Below, piece after piece: positions 29,601 to 39,620 of a DNA stretch of 64,000 bases; the stretch's first letter is position 1, and each line of letters starts with the position of its first letter. The notes under the pieces were generated by a model. The model worked only from the letters and a program-made list of their open reading frames with translations, made no database searches and was not told the DNA's origin. The position numbers and the translations under genes are program-made. This DNA is from Chloroflexia bacterium (GTDB lineage Bacteria > Chloroflexota > Chloroflexia > DTKN01), in NCBI GenBank assembly GCA_036172265.1, contig JASFBA010000021.1:4158-68157 (forward strand), given 5' to 3'.

Positions 29601-30806
29601 GTCGATCGGGGAGTCGCCGGGGTTGTAAATTTCGACCTTGTCGTTGACGGCCGGCGGGTAGTTATCGAACTCGTTGAGGATGAGGGAGGTGCCCAACGAC
29701 ACCGGAGCGGCATCGTTGGCTGCATCGCGGGTGGATGTATTGTCCAGGTTCCAGTCGCGGGCGTGGTCGTCGGTGTCCCAGCCGTCGGGAGTACGGGCGC
29801 AGGAATAGCCAGTGGGCGGGATGGGCGCGCCGCCACGGATGCCGTAGCCGACCTGATCTACCGGCGCAGGGGCCCATGGGGCGTTCAGGGAGATCACATC
29901 GCCGTCGTTGCTCAAGTAATCGGCGCCGGTGTTGAAGGAATAGTACCCGCCCGGGGGCAGCACGGTCCCGAACGGAACGGTATAGTTCAGCGGTCCTCCT
30001 GCGCCGCCATAGTCCGACACCACGGTCCAGCCGGAGATGTCCACCGCCTGCACCGTGGTATTGTGGAGTTCGATCCATTCCGTTCCCTTGGCCACGAACT
30101 CGTTGATAACCACGGGAGTTATCACGTGAGCCCGGATGCGGGCCCGGCCGGCATCGGCCAGGAAAAGTACCGCTTGGCCGGGGAAGGTTGTGGAGAAGGC
30201 CAGGTTATCGGTGTTGACCGAGCGGCCGCCCTCGTTGCCCTGGGGGCCGATGGCATCCCAGGTGCCGCTGCGGACGGCCTTGTAATAGTGGGTGCCGGCC
30301 GTGGGGATGGTGGTGGCGTAGCCGTAGAGGCCGCCGCCGAGGGGAGTCATCACCGTGCTGGGGTCGGAGGGGTTCCAGCCCTGCCAGTCGCCCACGGCGG
30401 TCCAGGTGGTTACGCCATCTTGGGCGTTGACGATGAGGGTGGAGGGAGACCAGCCGTCGTTGTAGGTGTTGGTGTCAAAGGTGAACTTGACCGGCTGGTT
30501 CGCATCCGCGGTCAGAATCCAGGCGTTGGAAGGCGGGTGGGGGTCGGTCCAGTTGCCGTCGTCCACCTTGAACTCGTAGCGGCCGCCGGTGGTGATGGTG
30601 ATGATGACGGTGTAGATGCCGTCGTTGGCCACGTCGTCGCCGTGGGTGCCGTCGTCGTACATAAGGTCGGTACCCCAGCCGTTGAAATCGCCGCGGACGT
30701 ACCAGGGCGGGCCGGCGGCCAGGGCGCGGGGAGCGGGGCCGGCCGGAAGGAAGAGGCCAGCCAGGAGCGAAAGGAGCAAAACCGAGGGAAACCATAGGCG
30801 TCTCAT
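26655..30806 (-). CDS. Giant secreted multidomain protein (CBM-like N-domain, two lamin-tail-domain repeats, DUF11 repeats, Ig-like domains, C-terminal PKD domain, terminal YVIYLPLTLKG tail)
   Basis: 1383 aa. AGGAGG RBS, signal peptide MRRLWFPSVLLLSLLAGLFLPAGPAPRALA. LTD motifs (VVINEF...EWIELHN, LILNEFDNY...VEIYNP). PKD: ITYTWAFGDRGTAAGRVVTHTYT. Confidence 0.85.
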   Translation of the reverse strand: MRRLWFPSVLLLSLLAGLFLPAGPAPRALAAGPPWYVRGDFNGWGTDLMYDDGTHGDDVANDGIYTVIITITTGGRYEFKVDDGNWTDPHPPSNAWILTADANQPVKFTFDTNTYNDGWSPSTLIVNAQDGVTTWTAVGDWQGWNPSDPSTVMTPLGGGLYGYATTIPTAGTHYYKAVRSGTWDAIGPQGNEGGRSVNTDNLAFSTTFPGQAVLFLADAGRARIRAHVITPVVINEFVAKGTEWIELHNTTVQAVDISGWTVVSDYGGAGGPLNYTVPFGTVLPPGGYYSFNTGADYLSNDGDVISLNAPWAPAPVDQVGYGIRGGAPIPPTGYSCARTPDGWDTDDHARDWNLDNTSTRDAANDAAPVSLGTSLILNEFDNYPPAVNDKVEIYNPGDSPIDMNGWYLSDGDAVAVIVTHPIVPPGGWVVLEETVDWTIVMDFSSLDVGYLFLPDRTRVDQIGWYNEYEDNTFQRVCDGEGPHDGYDWATSGGGTTWMDFPETLGRSNCSVDIAVDKSGPAFVSPNSLITYTLSYTMQAMGPGYNIVITDTLPGGVAFVTFTSYLPITLTQVTPTVVFDGGSLSGLMSNTIWLQAQVGDLPFGTLLTNTVGVTCTGDTVPNNNQDILVSQVVGSEIGIAKTGTVFSTPGGPISYTLTYEQMGDPALNVVITDVLPAAVLYISDTAPVTPTIISNTLVWELGTVSATASFIVYGQVSTDPMTWTVRNQVWITSSNDTDPNNNYAYWDTDLPMPIWEVQAPSVMTGTWPSRHVGEHVYVIGIVVADSQAYPSAGNPVRYVLGSLGEYGPWQGLFVYDPGRVVTESQVLVLGGTVTEYYGMTELGNIDYFRVLMDWWPPFPVLTTTAAITTGNPQQAEPLESVLVEVRCATVVNPDLGYGEWGIADASGVMARVDDMGQYTYVPRLGDVLYTVRGVLFYTYNNFKLEPRYDADIALAPTVRSVGPADGATGVPISTLVTATFNIALNPSTVNTSTFFLEGPMGLVSGSVGYDPATYTAIFTPSAPLAYGTTYIAHLTTGIQSAEGWPMCAEYTWSFTTRPAPEPDLTPSLKEADRFYVHPGEVLTFTIRLINVGEIEAWVTITDVVPTQTTVLTETLPPGMVYTDGLLLWSGGVSPSVSLPFQARVLDVPTGTVLTNLVWIDDGVHAPFTRTTSVEVLGVPDIEVSPLALSAVLNPGGTTTRTLTIRNVGEEILDWSLAEVPVVTWLDETPTGGVIPPSGQETVQVAFDATGLVTGTYTTTLDVTSNDPDEPHVWVEVTLVVTTACIPISGTDFTYAPPQPHPWQVITFTGSVEQGSEPITYTWAFGDRGTAAGRVVTHTYTISNTYAVTLTAENACSHQTVRKAIRVIWPYVIYLPLTLKGYSFP

Positions 30807-31036
30807 GGGATTTCCTCCTTTTCTTTCAGAAACGGCAGGCCGGGGAGGAGGACAATTACAAGCAGTTCACCTCCTTTCAGCGACTCATGCGCCACTTAAA
30901 GGGCTTGACAGCCGTTTTTGGGGAAACCTGTTTTTATTATACAATTGCTGGATAAACTTGTCAAGCGCAATCGCCGTTTGCGCCCCGCTCCTCTTTCTGT
31001 TATAATCATACCCAGAATACCGAAAGCGAGGAGAAA

Positions 31037-32356
31037 ATGAAATATACCATCGAGCGGCTGCCCGGAAGTCGGGTGGCCATAGAGGTCGAGATCGAGGCGG
31101 AACAGGTGGAAAAGGCCCTCAACCGGGCGGTCCAGCGCCTTTCCCGCCGATACCGCATCCCCGGCTTCCGGCCGGGGCGGGCTCCGCGTTATATCATCGA
31201 GGCCCGGCTGGGTCGTGGTGCCCTTTACGAGGAAGCGGCCCAGGAACTGATCCAGCAGGCCTATCAGGAGATCTTGCAAAAGGGCGAATTTGAGCCGGTA
31301 CATCAGGCCGAACTGGAAACCCTCCAACTGGAGCCTTTCTCCTTCCGTCTGGTGGTCCCGGTGCGGCCCTCTGTCCGGTTGGGCGACTACCGCTCCCTGC
31401 GCTTCCCTATGGAAGTGCCGGAGGTCGGCGATACGGACGTGGAGCGGGTTCTGGAGCGCCTCCAGGCCCAGCAAACGATCTGGAAGGTGCCGGAGCCGGC
31501 CCGTCCGGCCCGCCTGGGCGACCGCCTGACGGTGGAACTGGTCGGGAGAATCGGCGAACGCGAATTCGAGCGCCACTCCCCGGTGGAACTGACCCTCGGC
31601 GACCCGAACCTCCTCCCCGGCTTCGAAGCCCTGGTCGGCGCGGAGGTCGGCCAGACGGTGGAGTTTCAGACCGCCCTGCCGGAGGATCTGGAGGATAAGG
31701 AACTGGCCGGCCAGACCGCCACCTATACCGTCACCATCCAGGCCATCCACGAGCCGGAAGTTCCACCGCTGGACGACGAACTGGCCCGTTTCTTCGGCCA
31801 TGAAACACTTTCTGCGCTGCGTGCCCACATCCGCCGTGAACTGGAGGAGCAGGCCCAAAAGGGGGCCCGCGAACGCGTCCTGGCCCAGATGCTCCGGGAG
31901 ATGGTCAAAGGGGCCACGGTGGATATGCCCCAGGCGCTGGTGGAAGAAGTGGCCCGTTCGCTCTACCGGGACCGGGAAAAGCAATTGCGCGGCTTGAAAG
32001 TCTCCATGGCCCAGTATCTCCAGTGGGCCGGCAAGGAGGAGGGGGAACTGCTGGAGGAACTGCGAGAGGTGGCGGAAGAACGGCTACGCAGCCATCTGGT
32101 GCTGCAGGAGTTTATCCGCGCCGAGGGGTTAGAGGGCGAAGGGGAGGCGCTTCAAAAGATGGTCGAGGAGCGGCTTCTGGCCATCGCCCGCGGGGAGGTG
32201 GAGGGGATGAACGTTTCAGAACCTTCCTCCGGGCCGGCCCTGACCGAGGAAACGACCCCATTCCAAGGTGTCGCCGAGGAGACGCCAGCCGAAGTTTCGG
32301 AACCCCCCTCCGAAGCCGTTCCGGAGCCGAAAAGCGAGGTGAGCACGGATGATTAG
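31037..32356 (+). CDS. tig: Trigger factor
   Basis: 439 aa with a ribosome-binding N-domain ([12 protein letters not shown]; the GFRxGxxP signature is GFRPGRAP), a PPIase-like region, and an acidic C-terminal tail. Confidence 0.9.
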   Translation: MKYTIERLPGSRVAIEVEIEAEQVEKALNRAVQRLSRRYRIPGFRPGRAPRYIIEARLGRGALYEEAAQELIQQAYQEILQKGEFEPVHQAELETLQLEPFSFRLVVPVRPSVRLGDYRSLRFPMEVPEVGDTDVERVLERLQAQQTIWKVPEPARPARLGDRLTVELVGRIGEREFERHSPVELTLGDPNLLPGFEALVGAEVGQTVEFQTALPEDLEDKELAGQTATYTVTIQAIHEPEVPPLDDELARFFGHETLSALRAHIRRELEEQAQKGARERVLAQMLREMVKGATVDMPQALVEEVARSLYRDREKQLRGLKVSMAQYLQWAGKEEGELLEELREVAEERLRSHLVLQEFIRAEGLEGEGEALQKMVEERLLAIARGEVEGMNVSEPSSGPALTEETTPFQGVAEETPAEVSEPPSEAVPEPKSEVSTDD

Positions 32357-32942
32357 CCTGATTCCTATGGTCATCGAAAGCACCAGCCGCGGAGAACGCG
32401 CCTTTGACATCTACTCCCGCCTGCTCAAGGAACGCATCATCTTCCTAGGCACTCCCATAGACGACCAGGTGGCCAACCTGGTCGTGGCCCAACTCCTTTT
32501 CCTGGAGCACGAGGACCCCGAACGGGACATCTACCTCTACATCAACTGTCCGGGCGGAGTCATCACCGCCGGCCTGGCCATCTACGACACCATCCAGTGG
32601 GTGCGGCCGGACATCTCCACCATCTGCATCGGCCTGGCTGCCAGCATGGGAACGGTCCTCCTGGCCGGTGGAACCCCGGGCAAGCGCTATGCCCTTCCCA
32701 ACGCCACCATCCATATCCATCAGCCGATGGGCGGGGTCACCGGGCAGGCCATTGATATGGAGATTCAGGCCCGCGAGATTATGCGCCTGCGCAACCTTCT
32801 GAACCGCATCCTGGTCAAGCACACCGGCCAGCCGGAGGAGCGCATCGCCCAGGATACCGACCGCAACTTCTATATGACCGCGGAGCAGGCCCAGGAGTAC
32901 GGCATCATTGATGAGATTCTCTTCCCCCGGCAAGGGCAGTGA
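32349..32942 (+). CDS. clpP: ATP-dependent Clp protease proteolytic subunit
   Basis: [27 protein letters not shown]...GLAASMG (catalytic Ser)...HQP...RD triad region. The start overlaps the tig stop. Confidence 0.95.
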   Translation: MISLIPMVIESTSRGERAFDIYSRLLKERIIFLGTPIDDQVANLVVAQLLFLEHEDPERDIYLYINCPGGVITAGLAIYDTIQWVRPDISTICIGLAASMGTVLLAGGTPGKRYALPNATIHIHQPMGGVTGQAIDMEIQAREIMRLRNLLNRILVKHTGQPEERIAQDTDRNFYMTAEQAQEYGIIDEILFPRQGQ

Positions 32943-32979
32943 GGCAAGGTATGGGGCTTAGGGCCCAGGGTTTGGGGCA

Positions 32980-34236
32980 ATGTCGGAAAACGGATATCGC
33001 TGTTCTTTCTGCGACAAGGGTCAGGGGGAGGTGGAACGCCTTATCGCCGGCCCGCGGGGCGTCTTTATCTGCGACGAGTGTGTAAGTCTCTGTAGCGAGA
33101 TCATCGCCGAGGAGCGGGCCCAGAAAAAGCCCCCGGCCGGCTTCCACCTGAAGGAAGTTCCTCCCCCCCGGCGCATCCGTGAACTCCTGGACGAATACGT
33201 CGTCGGCCAGGAGCGGGCCAAGAAGGTGCTCTCTGTAGCCGTCTATAACCACTACAAGCGCATCCTGGCCGGGGCCCGGGTGGACGGTGTCGAACTGCAG
33301 AAGAGCAACATCCTCCTCATCGGCCCGACCGGCTGCGGCAAGACGCTCCTGGCCCAGACCTTGGCCCGCATCCTCGACGTGCCCTTTTCCATCTCCGACG
33401 CCACTGCCCTTACCGAGGCCGGCTACGTCGGCGAAGACGTAGAGATGATCCTCCTGCGCCTCCTCCAGGCCGCCGATTTCGACCTGGAGCGGGCGCAGTA
33501 TGGCATCGTCTACATCGACGAAATTGACAAGATCGCCCGCAAGTCCGGCGATAACCCCTCTATCACCCGCGACGTCTCCGGCGAAGGGGTGCAGCAGGGC
33601 CTTCTGAAGATTATCGAGGGCGGCATCGTCAACGTTCCCCCCGTGCCCGGCCGCAAGCACCCGCAGCAGGAGTTCATCCAGATGGATACGACCAACATCC
33701 TCTTTATCTGCGGCGGGGCCTTTGTTTCGCTGGACGAGATCATTGCCGAGCGCGTTGGGGGGAAACATGCCATCGGCTTCCGGCGGGCCCAGACCCGGGA
33801 GGAACGGGAAGCGGCCTCCGCCCAACTTCTCCATCAGGTTATTCCCGACGACCTGCTCAAGTTCGGCCTGATTCCCGAATTCATCGGCCGGCTGCCGGTC
33901 ATCGCCACCCTGGACCCGCTGGACAAGGACACCCTTATCCGCGTCCTGACCGAACCGAAGAACGCCCTGGTCAAGCAGTACCAGAAGATGCTCGCCCTGG
34001 ACCACGTGGACCTGGTCTTTACTCCCGATGCCCTGGAGGCGGCGGCCGAACTGGCCCTGCAGCGCAAGACCGGAGCCCGGGGGTTGCGCACCGCCCTGGA
34101 GGGCGTCCTGCTGGACGTGATGTACGAGATTCCTTCCCTTCCCCACGTCCGCCGTTGCATCATCAATGCCGAGGCCATCCGCGGCCAGGCCCGGCCGATC
34201 CTCCTCCCCTCTGCCGGGGAAGCCAAGGCCGGATGA
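32980..34236 (+). CDS. clpX: ATP-dependent Clp protease ATP-binding subunit ClpX
   Basis: N-terminal zinc-binding CSFCDK...CDEC. Walker [28 protein letters not shown] motifs. Confidence 0.95.
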   Translation: MSENGYRCSFCDKGQGEVERLIAGPRGVFICDECVSLCSEIIAEERAQKKPPAGFHLKEVPPPRRIRELLDEYVVGQERAKKVLSVAVYNHYKRILAGARVDGVELQKSNILLIGPTGCGKTLLAQTLARILDVPFSISDATALTEAGYVGEDVEMILLRLLQAADFDLERAQYGIVYIDEIDKIARKSGDNPSITRDVSGEGVQQGLLKIIEGGIVNVPPVPGRKHPQQEFIQMDTTNILFICGGAFVSLDEIIAERVGGKHAIGFRRAQTREEREAASAQLLHQVIPDDLLKFGLIPEFIGRLPVIATLDPLDKDTLIRVLTEPKNALVKQYQKMLALDHVDLVFTPDALEAAAELALQRKTGARGLRTALEGVLLDVMYEIPSLPHVRRCIINAEAIRGQARPILLPSAGEAKAG

Positions 34237-34255
34237 GGAATTGCTGGAGGAAGGC

Positions 34256-34960
34256 GTGGAACGGTACCGTATCCTGATCGCCGACGATGACCCCGACATC
34301 CGTCGGGTATTGGAAGCCAGCCTGGAGGGCCTCGCCGGCGCCTCCTACGAGGTGACCTTTGCCCAGGACGGACTGGAGGCCGTCCGTCGTTTCCGGGAGG
34401 AACATTTTGACCTGGTCATCCTGGATGTCATCATGCCCTACATCGACGGCTTCACCGCCTGTCGCACCATCCGCCAGGAGTCGGATGTTCCCATCATCAT
34501 CCTGACCTGCCGGGACGGCCCCGAGGATCTCGTTCAGGGCTTCAGACTGGGGGCCGACGATTACGTGGTCAAGCCGTTCCGTATCAGCGAACTGACTGCC
34601 CGGGTGGAGGCCGTGTTGCGCCGGGCCGGCCGGCTGTCGTTCCGCCGCACCCAAGCCGCCCACGTCGGGGAACTTGAGGTCGATCCCCTCCGCCATCGGG
34701 CCACCATACGCGGCCAGGAAGTCCAGTTGACCCCGATGGAGTTTGAACTCCTCTATTTCCTGGCTTCTCACGCCGGGCAGGTCTTTGACCGGGCCACCCT
34801 CTTCCGCCAGGTCTGGGGACGGGAGTACGAATACGGCCGCGAGACCAACCTCATCGATGTCTGTGTGCGCCGTCTGCGGGAAAAGATCGAGCGCGATCCT
34901 TCTCATCCCGAATATCTTCGGACCGTCCGCGGGGTGGGCTATAAGATCGAGGCGCCCTAA
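34256..34960 (+). CDS. OmpR-family two-component response regulator
   Basis: REC domain (ILIADDDPD...DLVILDVIMPYIDG...KPF) plus winged-helix (LTPMEFELLYFLASHAGQVFDRATLFRQVWG...VRRLREKI). The ORF-track start 34166 overlaps clpX. GTG 34256 has a GGAGGAAGG SD; TTG 34241 is an alternative. Confidence 0.8.
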   Translation: MERYRILIADDDPDIRRVLEASLEGLAGASYEVTFAQDGLEAVRRFREEHFDLVILDVIMPYIDGFTACRTIRQESDVPIIILTCRDGPEDLVQGFRLGADDYVVKPFRISELTARVEAVLRRAGRLSFRRTQAAHVGELEVDPLRHRATIRGQEVQLTPMEFELLYFLASHAGQVFDRATLFRQVWGREYEYGRETNLIDVCVRRLREKIERDPSHPEYLRTVRGVGYKIEAP

Positions 34961-37900
34961 GTGTACGTCCGCCAACTCCACCTTCAGGGCTTCAAGACCT
35001 TTGCTACCCGGACATCCTTTTCCTTCGGCCGAGGCATCACCGCCATTGTGGGCCCGAACGGTTCCGGGAAGAGCAACCTGGCCGATGCTCTGCGCTGGGT
35101 GCTTGGCGAACAGAGTTACTCCACCTTGCGCAGCCGGCGTACCGAAGACGTGATCTTCAGCGGAAGTCCCTCCCGCCCTCCGGCGGGAATGGCCGAGGTG
35201 ACCCTCGTCCTCGATAACGAAGACGGCGCCCTCCCGATCGACTTCCCCGAAGTCGAGATCACTCGACGAGCCTATCGTTCCGGGGCAAACGAATATTTCC
35301 TCAACCGCCGCCGGGTGCGCCTGCAGGATATCGAGGAGGTGCTCGGCGGGTTGAGCGCTTCCTACGTCGTAATTCACCAGGGACTGGTGGACGAGGCCCT
35401 TTCCCTCCGCCCGAGGGAACGCCGATTGCTCCTGGAGGAAGCGGCCGAGGTGCGGCGTTACCACGAACGCCGCCAGAAAGCGCTGGAGCGCCTCCGCGAA
35501 ACCGCGGCCAACATGACCCGCCTTTCAGACCTGCGTAACGAACTCCTCCCCCGGCTACGGGCGCTGGAACGACAATCGCAGCAAGTCCGGCAACGGGCCG
35601 GACTTGAGGCTTCCCTGCAAGAGGCGCTGCGCACTTGGTATCGCCTTCTCTGGGAGGAAGTTTCCTCCGCCCTGCGCCAGGCCGAACGGGAGGAGGAAGA
35701 AGCCCGAAACCGCCTGGAACTCCTCCGCGCTTCGGCGGAAGAAGTCATCCGACAGATCGCCTCCCTGCGGCAGGCTGTCCAGGAAAGCCGGCAAAAGGAG
35801 GAGGAACGTCGCCGGAAAGAGGGGGAAATACGTCGGCGGATCGGGACATTGCGCGAGCGACTGGCCCGCGCCCTCGGGGAAAGCCAGGCCTTGGAGCGTC
35901 ACCGGGAGGAGTTGCGGGCAGAAGTCGCCCGTTACCGCCGGGAACTGGCCTTGCAAGAGGAGCGCCGGGCGTTCCTGGCCCAGGCCGGAAAGGCCCTGAA
36001 GGAACGGGTGCTGCAGGCCCAGGCCGGCCTCCAGAGACAACAGGAGCATTACCGGCAGGCCGAAACCGACCTCCGCTCCGTCCAACAGAACTTGCAAGCG
36101 CTTCAGGAACAGGAGCGCCGCCTGGAGCAACTTCGGGCCCGCGAAGAGGTGTTGGCACGGGAAGAGGCGGAGCGACGCCGCCTCCTGGAGGAATTGGCCG
36201 AGCAGAAGCGCCGATTGGAAGAGGAGAGGGCGCGCGCGATGGAGGAACAGGCCCGACGGGAGGAGGTTTGGACCTCCCTGTGTGCTCGCCGGAAGGCGCT
36301 ACAGGCTGAGGTGGAAAGCCGGCAGGAGGACCTTCGGAAACAGGATGAGGCGCAGGAATCGGCCCGCCTGCGTCTGGCCGACCTCCGTGCCCGACTTGAG
36401 ACCTTGGAGGAGGACGATGCCACCTCGTTCCTGGAAGAATGGGCCCGTCGGCAGGGCCGGCCGGCCTTCTCCACCCTCTTGGACCGCCTGACCGTCCCCC
36501 GGGGGCTGCGGAAAGCCCTTGCCGCCGCCCTCGGCGTCCACCTCCTACCCTTGCTTTTCTCCACTTGGGAGGAAGCCCGGGAGGCGCTTCGCGCCCTGGA
36601 AGGGGCCAAGACTGGCTCGGCCACCTTCCTTCCCCGAGATGAACTTCGCCCACCCCCTTCGGCCCTCTCCGGGTCCCCTGCCCTGGGCAGCGAGGGCCTG
36701 CTGCTCGATCACCTGACTTGCCCCCGGGAGGATCGGCCGGCCCTGGCCTGCCTTCTGGGCCGCGTCCTCCTGGCGCGTGACCTGGAGGCGGCCCGCCGTA
36801 TCGCCCGCGGCATCCCGGCCGGATGGCTGGTGGTAACCCGAGAGGGGGAAGCCGTCACCGCCGAGGGTGTCCTTTCCGGCGGAAAGCTGTGGGAAGATGC
36901 CCTGGAGCGCCGAGAAGAGCGCCGCCGGCTGGCCCGCGCCACGGCCGAGGTGGAAGTGCAGGTTGTGGAGGGAGAACGCAAACGGACCGAAACCCGAGAG
37001 CGGCTGGCCGCCGCTCAGGCGGCCCTGACCGCCCTGGCGACGGAGATGGAGGAGAAGCGCCTCGCCCGAGAGGAAGGCGCTCGACATCTCCTCGACCTGG
37101 ATCTGAGTCTGGAGCGTCTGGAGGAAGAAATCGGCCGGCAGAGCCTCCGTCTGGAAGAACTGTCCGGGGAAAGGGGCCGCCTTGAAGAGGAAATGCAGGC
37201 ATCCGCTCCAGGAGAGGCAAACCGCCGTCTGGTCCTTCAGGAGGAACTGGAGCAAGCCCGGGTGAGGGAAGAGCAGGCCCGGGAGGAATTCCTCCGGGCC
37301 CGCCGGTCCCTGGAGGAAGCCCGCCTGGTCTGGGCCGTGGCCCGGAAAGAGGAGGAGAACCAGCGCGCCCTGGAGGAAATGGTGCAGCAGGGCGTTCGAG
37401 GGCTTCAGAGGCAGGTGGAAAAGGGGGAGAAACGTCTGGAGGAGATAGGGCGTCGGTTGGAAGCGCAAGCGGCCCAGATCGCTTCCTGGGAGGCCGAACT
37501 GGCCGGCCTGGAGCAAGAGATAGCCGCGCTCGAGGAAGTTTCTGCTCCTCCTTCCCTACGGGAGTTGGAAGAGAAAGAAGCGGAGGAGGCCCGCTTACGG
37601 GAGGAGATTCTGGCCTGGGAAACGGCCGCCAGCCGGGCTGCCCTAGCCGTTCAGCGCTGGCGGGATGCCCGGCGGGAACTCCTCCAGCGTGCCCTTGCAG
37701 AGATCGGCCCCGAGGCCAGTGCCTACGGGCCGGCCGGCGAGGCCCTCCTGAACGCCCTCCTATCCTCTCCCCCGGAGTGGACCCGCCTGCCCCTCGACCC
37801 GAACCTGACCAGGGAGGAAGTGGAGCGACGGGTGGCCCACCTGCGCGAGGAGGTCCGTCGCATCGGCCCGGTCAACCCGCTGGCGGAAGAGGAATATCGG

Positions 37901-38527
37901 GAGACCCAAGAGCGCTACGATTTCCTCGGGCAACAACTCCAAGACCTACACGATGCCGCCCGCTCCCTGGAGCAGGTCGTTGCCGAACTGGACCGGGCGA
38001 TGGAGCAGCGCTTTCATGAGACGTTCGAAGCGGTGCAACGCGAGTTCCAGGCCTATTTCACCCGCCTCTTCGGAGGGGGAAGCGCCGCCCTGCGCCTGGT
38101 GCGCCTGGAGGAGGAAGACGGCGGGCTGAGCGGGCTGGGGGTGGAGATTACGGCCCGCCCTCCGGGGAAACGGGCCCACAGCCTGGCCCTCCTCTCTGGC
38201 GGGGAACGGGCGCTCACCTCGGCCGCCCTTCTCTTTGCCATCCTCAAGGTGAATCCCCGCCCCTTCTGCCTCCTGGACGAGGTGGACGCCATGCTGGACG
38301 AGGCCAACGTGGGACGCTTCCGGGAATGCCTGCTGGAACTGGCTTCCCGCACCCAGTTCATCCTCATCACTCACAACCGGGGCACCATCGAGGCCGCCGA
38401 CCTCCTTTACGGCGTCTCCATGGCCGATGACGGCACCTCGCGGGTCCTTTCGCTGCGGCTGGAGGAACAGGGGAGCCCGGGATCGCCCAAGGACGGTCAG
38501 GGCGCACCGGCGGTGCACCCTAACTGA
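34961..38527 (+). CDS. smc: Chromosome segregation protein SMC
   Basis: 1188 aa. N-terminal Walker [10 protein letters not shown], long coiled coils, hinge, C-terminal signature [36 protein letters not shown]. Confidence 0.95.
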   Translation: MYVRQLHLQGFKTFATRTSFSFGRGITAIVGPNGSGKSNLADALRWVLGEQSYSTLRSRRTEDVIFSGSPSRPPAGMAEVTLVLDNEDGALPIDFPEVEITRRAYRSGANEYFLNRRRVRLQDIEEVLGGLSASYVVIHQGLVDEALSLRPRERRLLLEEAAEVRRYHERRQKALERLRETAANMTRLSDLRNELLPRLRALERQSQQVRQRAGLEASLQEALRTWYRLLWEEVSSALRQAEREEEEARNRLELLRASAEEVIRQIASLRQAVQESRQKEEERRRKEGEIRRRIGTLRERLARALGESQALERHREELRAEVARYRRELALQEERRAFLAQAGKALKERVLQAQAGLQRQQEHYRQAETDLRSVQQNLQALQEQERRLEQLRAREEVLAREEAERRRLLEELAEQKRRLEEERARAMEEQARREEVWTSLCARRKALQAEVESRQEDLRKQDEAQESARLRLADLRARLETLEEDDATSFLEEWARRQGRPAFSTLLDRLTVPRGLRKALAAALGVHLLPLLFSTWEEAREALRALEGAKTGSATFLPRDELRPPPSALSGSPALGSEGLLLDHLTCPREDRPALACLLGRVLLARDLEAARRIARGIPAGWLVVTREGEAVTAEGVLSGGKLWEDALERREERRRLARATAEVEVQVVEGERKRTETRERLAAAQAALTALATEMEEKRLAREEGARHLLDLDLSLERLEEEIGRQSLRLEELSGERGRLEEEMQASAPGEANRRLVLQEELEQARVREEQAREEFLRARRSLEEARLVWAVARKEEENQRALEEMVQQGVRGLQRQVEKGEKRLEEIGRRLEAQAAQIASWEAELAGLEQEIAALEEVSAPPSLRELEEKEAEEARLREEILAWETAASRAALAVQRWRDARRELLQRALAEIGPEASAYGPAGEALLNALLSSPPEWTRLPLDPNLTREEVERRVAHLREEVRRIGPVNPLAEEEYRETQERYDFLGQQLQDLHDAARSLEQVVAELDRAMEQRFHETFEAVQREFQAYFTRLFGGGSAALRLVRLEEEDGGLSGLGVEITARPPGKRAHSLALLSGGERALTSAALLFAILKVNPRPFCLLDEVDAMLDEANVGRFRECLLELASRTQFILITHNRGTIEAADLLYGVSMADDGTSRVLSLRLEEQGSPGSPKDGQGAPAVHPN

Positions 38528-38617
38528 CCCTCTGGGCCGGCCCTGGAGCAGAAAAAACACCGTACATCTTCCTTTGCCTATCTCGCCCGATGACCCTCCT
38601 ACCCCGAAGGCAGGAGA

Positions 38618-38885
38618 CCGGTGTCCCTCCCCCTGGATGGGGGAGGTCAGGAGGGGGTGAAGGGCCGCCGGCGTCGCTCTTCTCCATCAGGGGAGGGGGA
38701 CAAGGCGGGAACCCGGTGTCCCTCCCCCTGGATGGGGGAGGTCAGGGGGGTGAAGGGCCGCCGACGTCGCTCTTCTCCATCAGAGGAGGGGGACAAGGCG
38801 GGAACCCGGTGTCCCTCCCCCTGGATGGGGGAGGGCAGGGGGGAAGGGCCGCCGGCGTCGCTCTTCTCCATCAGGGGAGGGGGAC
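38618..38885. repeat. Tandem repeat, 2.9 copies of a 93-95 bp unit with internal C-rich/G-rich inverted repeats
   Basis: Copies start at 38618, 38713 and 38806, with >95% identity and a 2-nt indel between copies. Each unit contains CCCTCCCCC-tggat-GGGGGAGG. GGGAGGGGGA of one unit pairs with TCCCTCCCC of the next. Periods of 95 and 93 are not multiples of 3, so it is non-coding. Confidence 0.85.
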
Positions 38886-39164
38886 TTGATACCTATAGGG
38901 CGAAGTTACCCCGCCCCTACAAATTTGCCCATCCAGAAATACGCATCCCCCTGGCCCCCTGTCAGCATATCGGGCTTGACAAGTATAGTATAATGGAAGT
39001 GTAAACCTGGTCCGACTCCTTGCTGCTGAAATCCCGATCTCAACACTGTTCAAACAAGCGGGCGAAAGCCGGTCGAGGAGCGGGCTTGCCCCTGCGGGCC
39101 GAACTCGTGACCCGGCCCGTAGAGCCGTATCGAGACCGAGTGGGCGATTCTGTGGAGGTGCCCC

Positions 39165-39614
39165 ATGAAGCGCGCACGAACGTTGGGGATCGGAGTTTTT
39201 CTCATCCTGGGGCTGATCGGTCCGATGTCCCCTGTCCAAGGGGCCGAGATCCGATCCCCCCGACCGGCCGGACTGCTCCAGCCGCCAACCGCCGGCTTCC
39301 TTTCCAACAGTCCCATCTGCTTGGGCCAAACGGCCGTCTTCACCGACACGAGCAGCGGGGAGATCTTCTACCACGAATGGGATTTCGGCGATGGGGCCGT
39401 GGGCACAGGCTCCACGCCACGACACGGCTATTTCTGGCCGGGCACCTACACGGTAACCCTCACCGTGGGAGGCCCGGAGGGTAGCGATTCCTATGGCGAC
39501 ACCTTCGAGGTCCTGCCGGCCACCGAGGCCTTCTTCTGGGTCGAACCGTCGGAAGCCATCGTCGGCCGACCAGTGCACTTCCTGAACGTTTCCCAGGGGG
39601 CCACCGGCTACTAG
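39165..39614 (+). CDS. N-terminal fragment (signal peptide + PKD domain) of a secreted PKD/Big/metzincin-like protein, ended by an in-frame TAG
   Basis: Signal peptide MKRARTLGIGVFLILGLIGPMSPVQGA. PKD motif FYHEWDFGDGAVGTGSTPRHGYFWPGTYTVTLTV. A second PKD is cut at ...SQGATGY*. Confidence 0.6.
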   Translation: MKRARTLGIGVFLILGLIGPMSPVQGAEIRSPRPAGLLQPPTAGFLSNSPICLGQTAVFTDTSSGEIFYHEWDFGDGAVGTGSTPRHGYFWPGTYTVTLTVGGPEGSDSYGDTFEVLPATEAFFWVEPSEAIVGRPVHFLNVSQGATGY

Positions 39615-39620
39615 TGGGAC

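Noticed and set aside
34166-34255. Response-regulator start at 34166
   Set aside because: It overlaps the clpX 3' end by 70 nt and has no REC-domain homology. GTG 34256 and TTG 34241 are better starts.
38590-39004. ORFs 38590..38889(+), 38621..39004(+), 38647..38871(-) encoding Gly/Pro-rich repeats; also a CRISPR interpretation of the repeats
   Set aside because: They lie entirely within the 93-95-bp tandem array, whose period is not a multiple of 3, so the frame changes between copies. There are no unique spacers between repeats, so it is not CRISPR.
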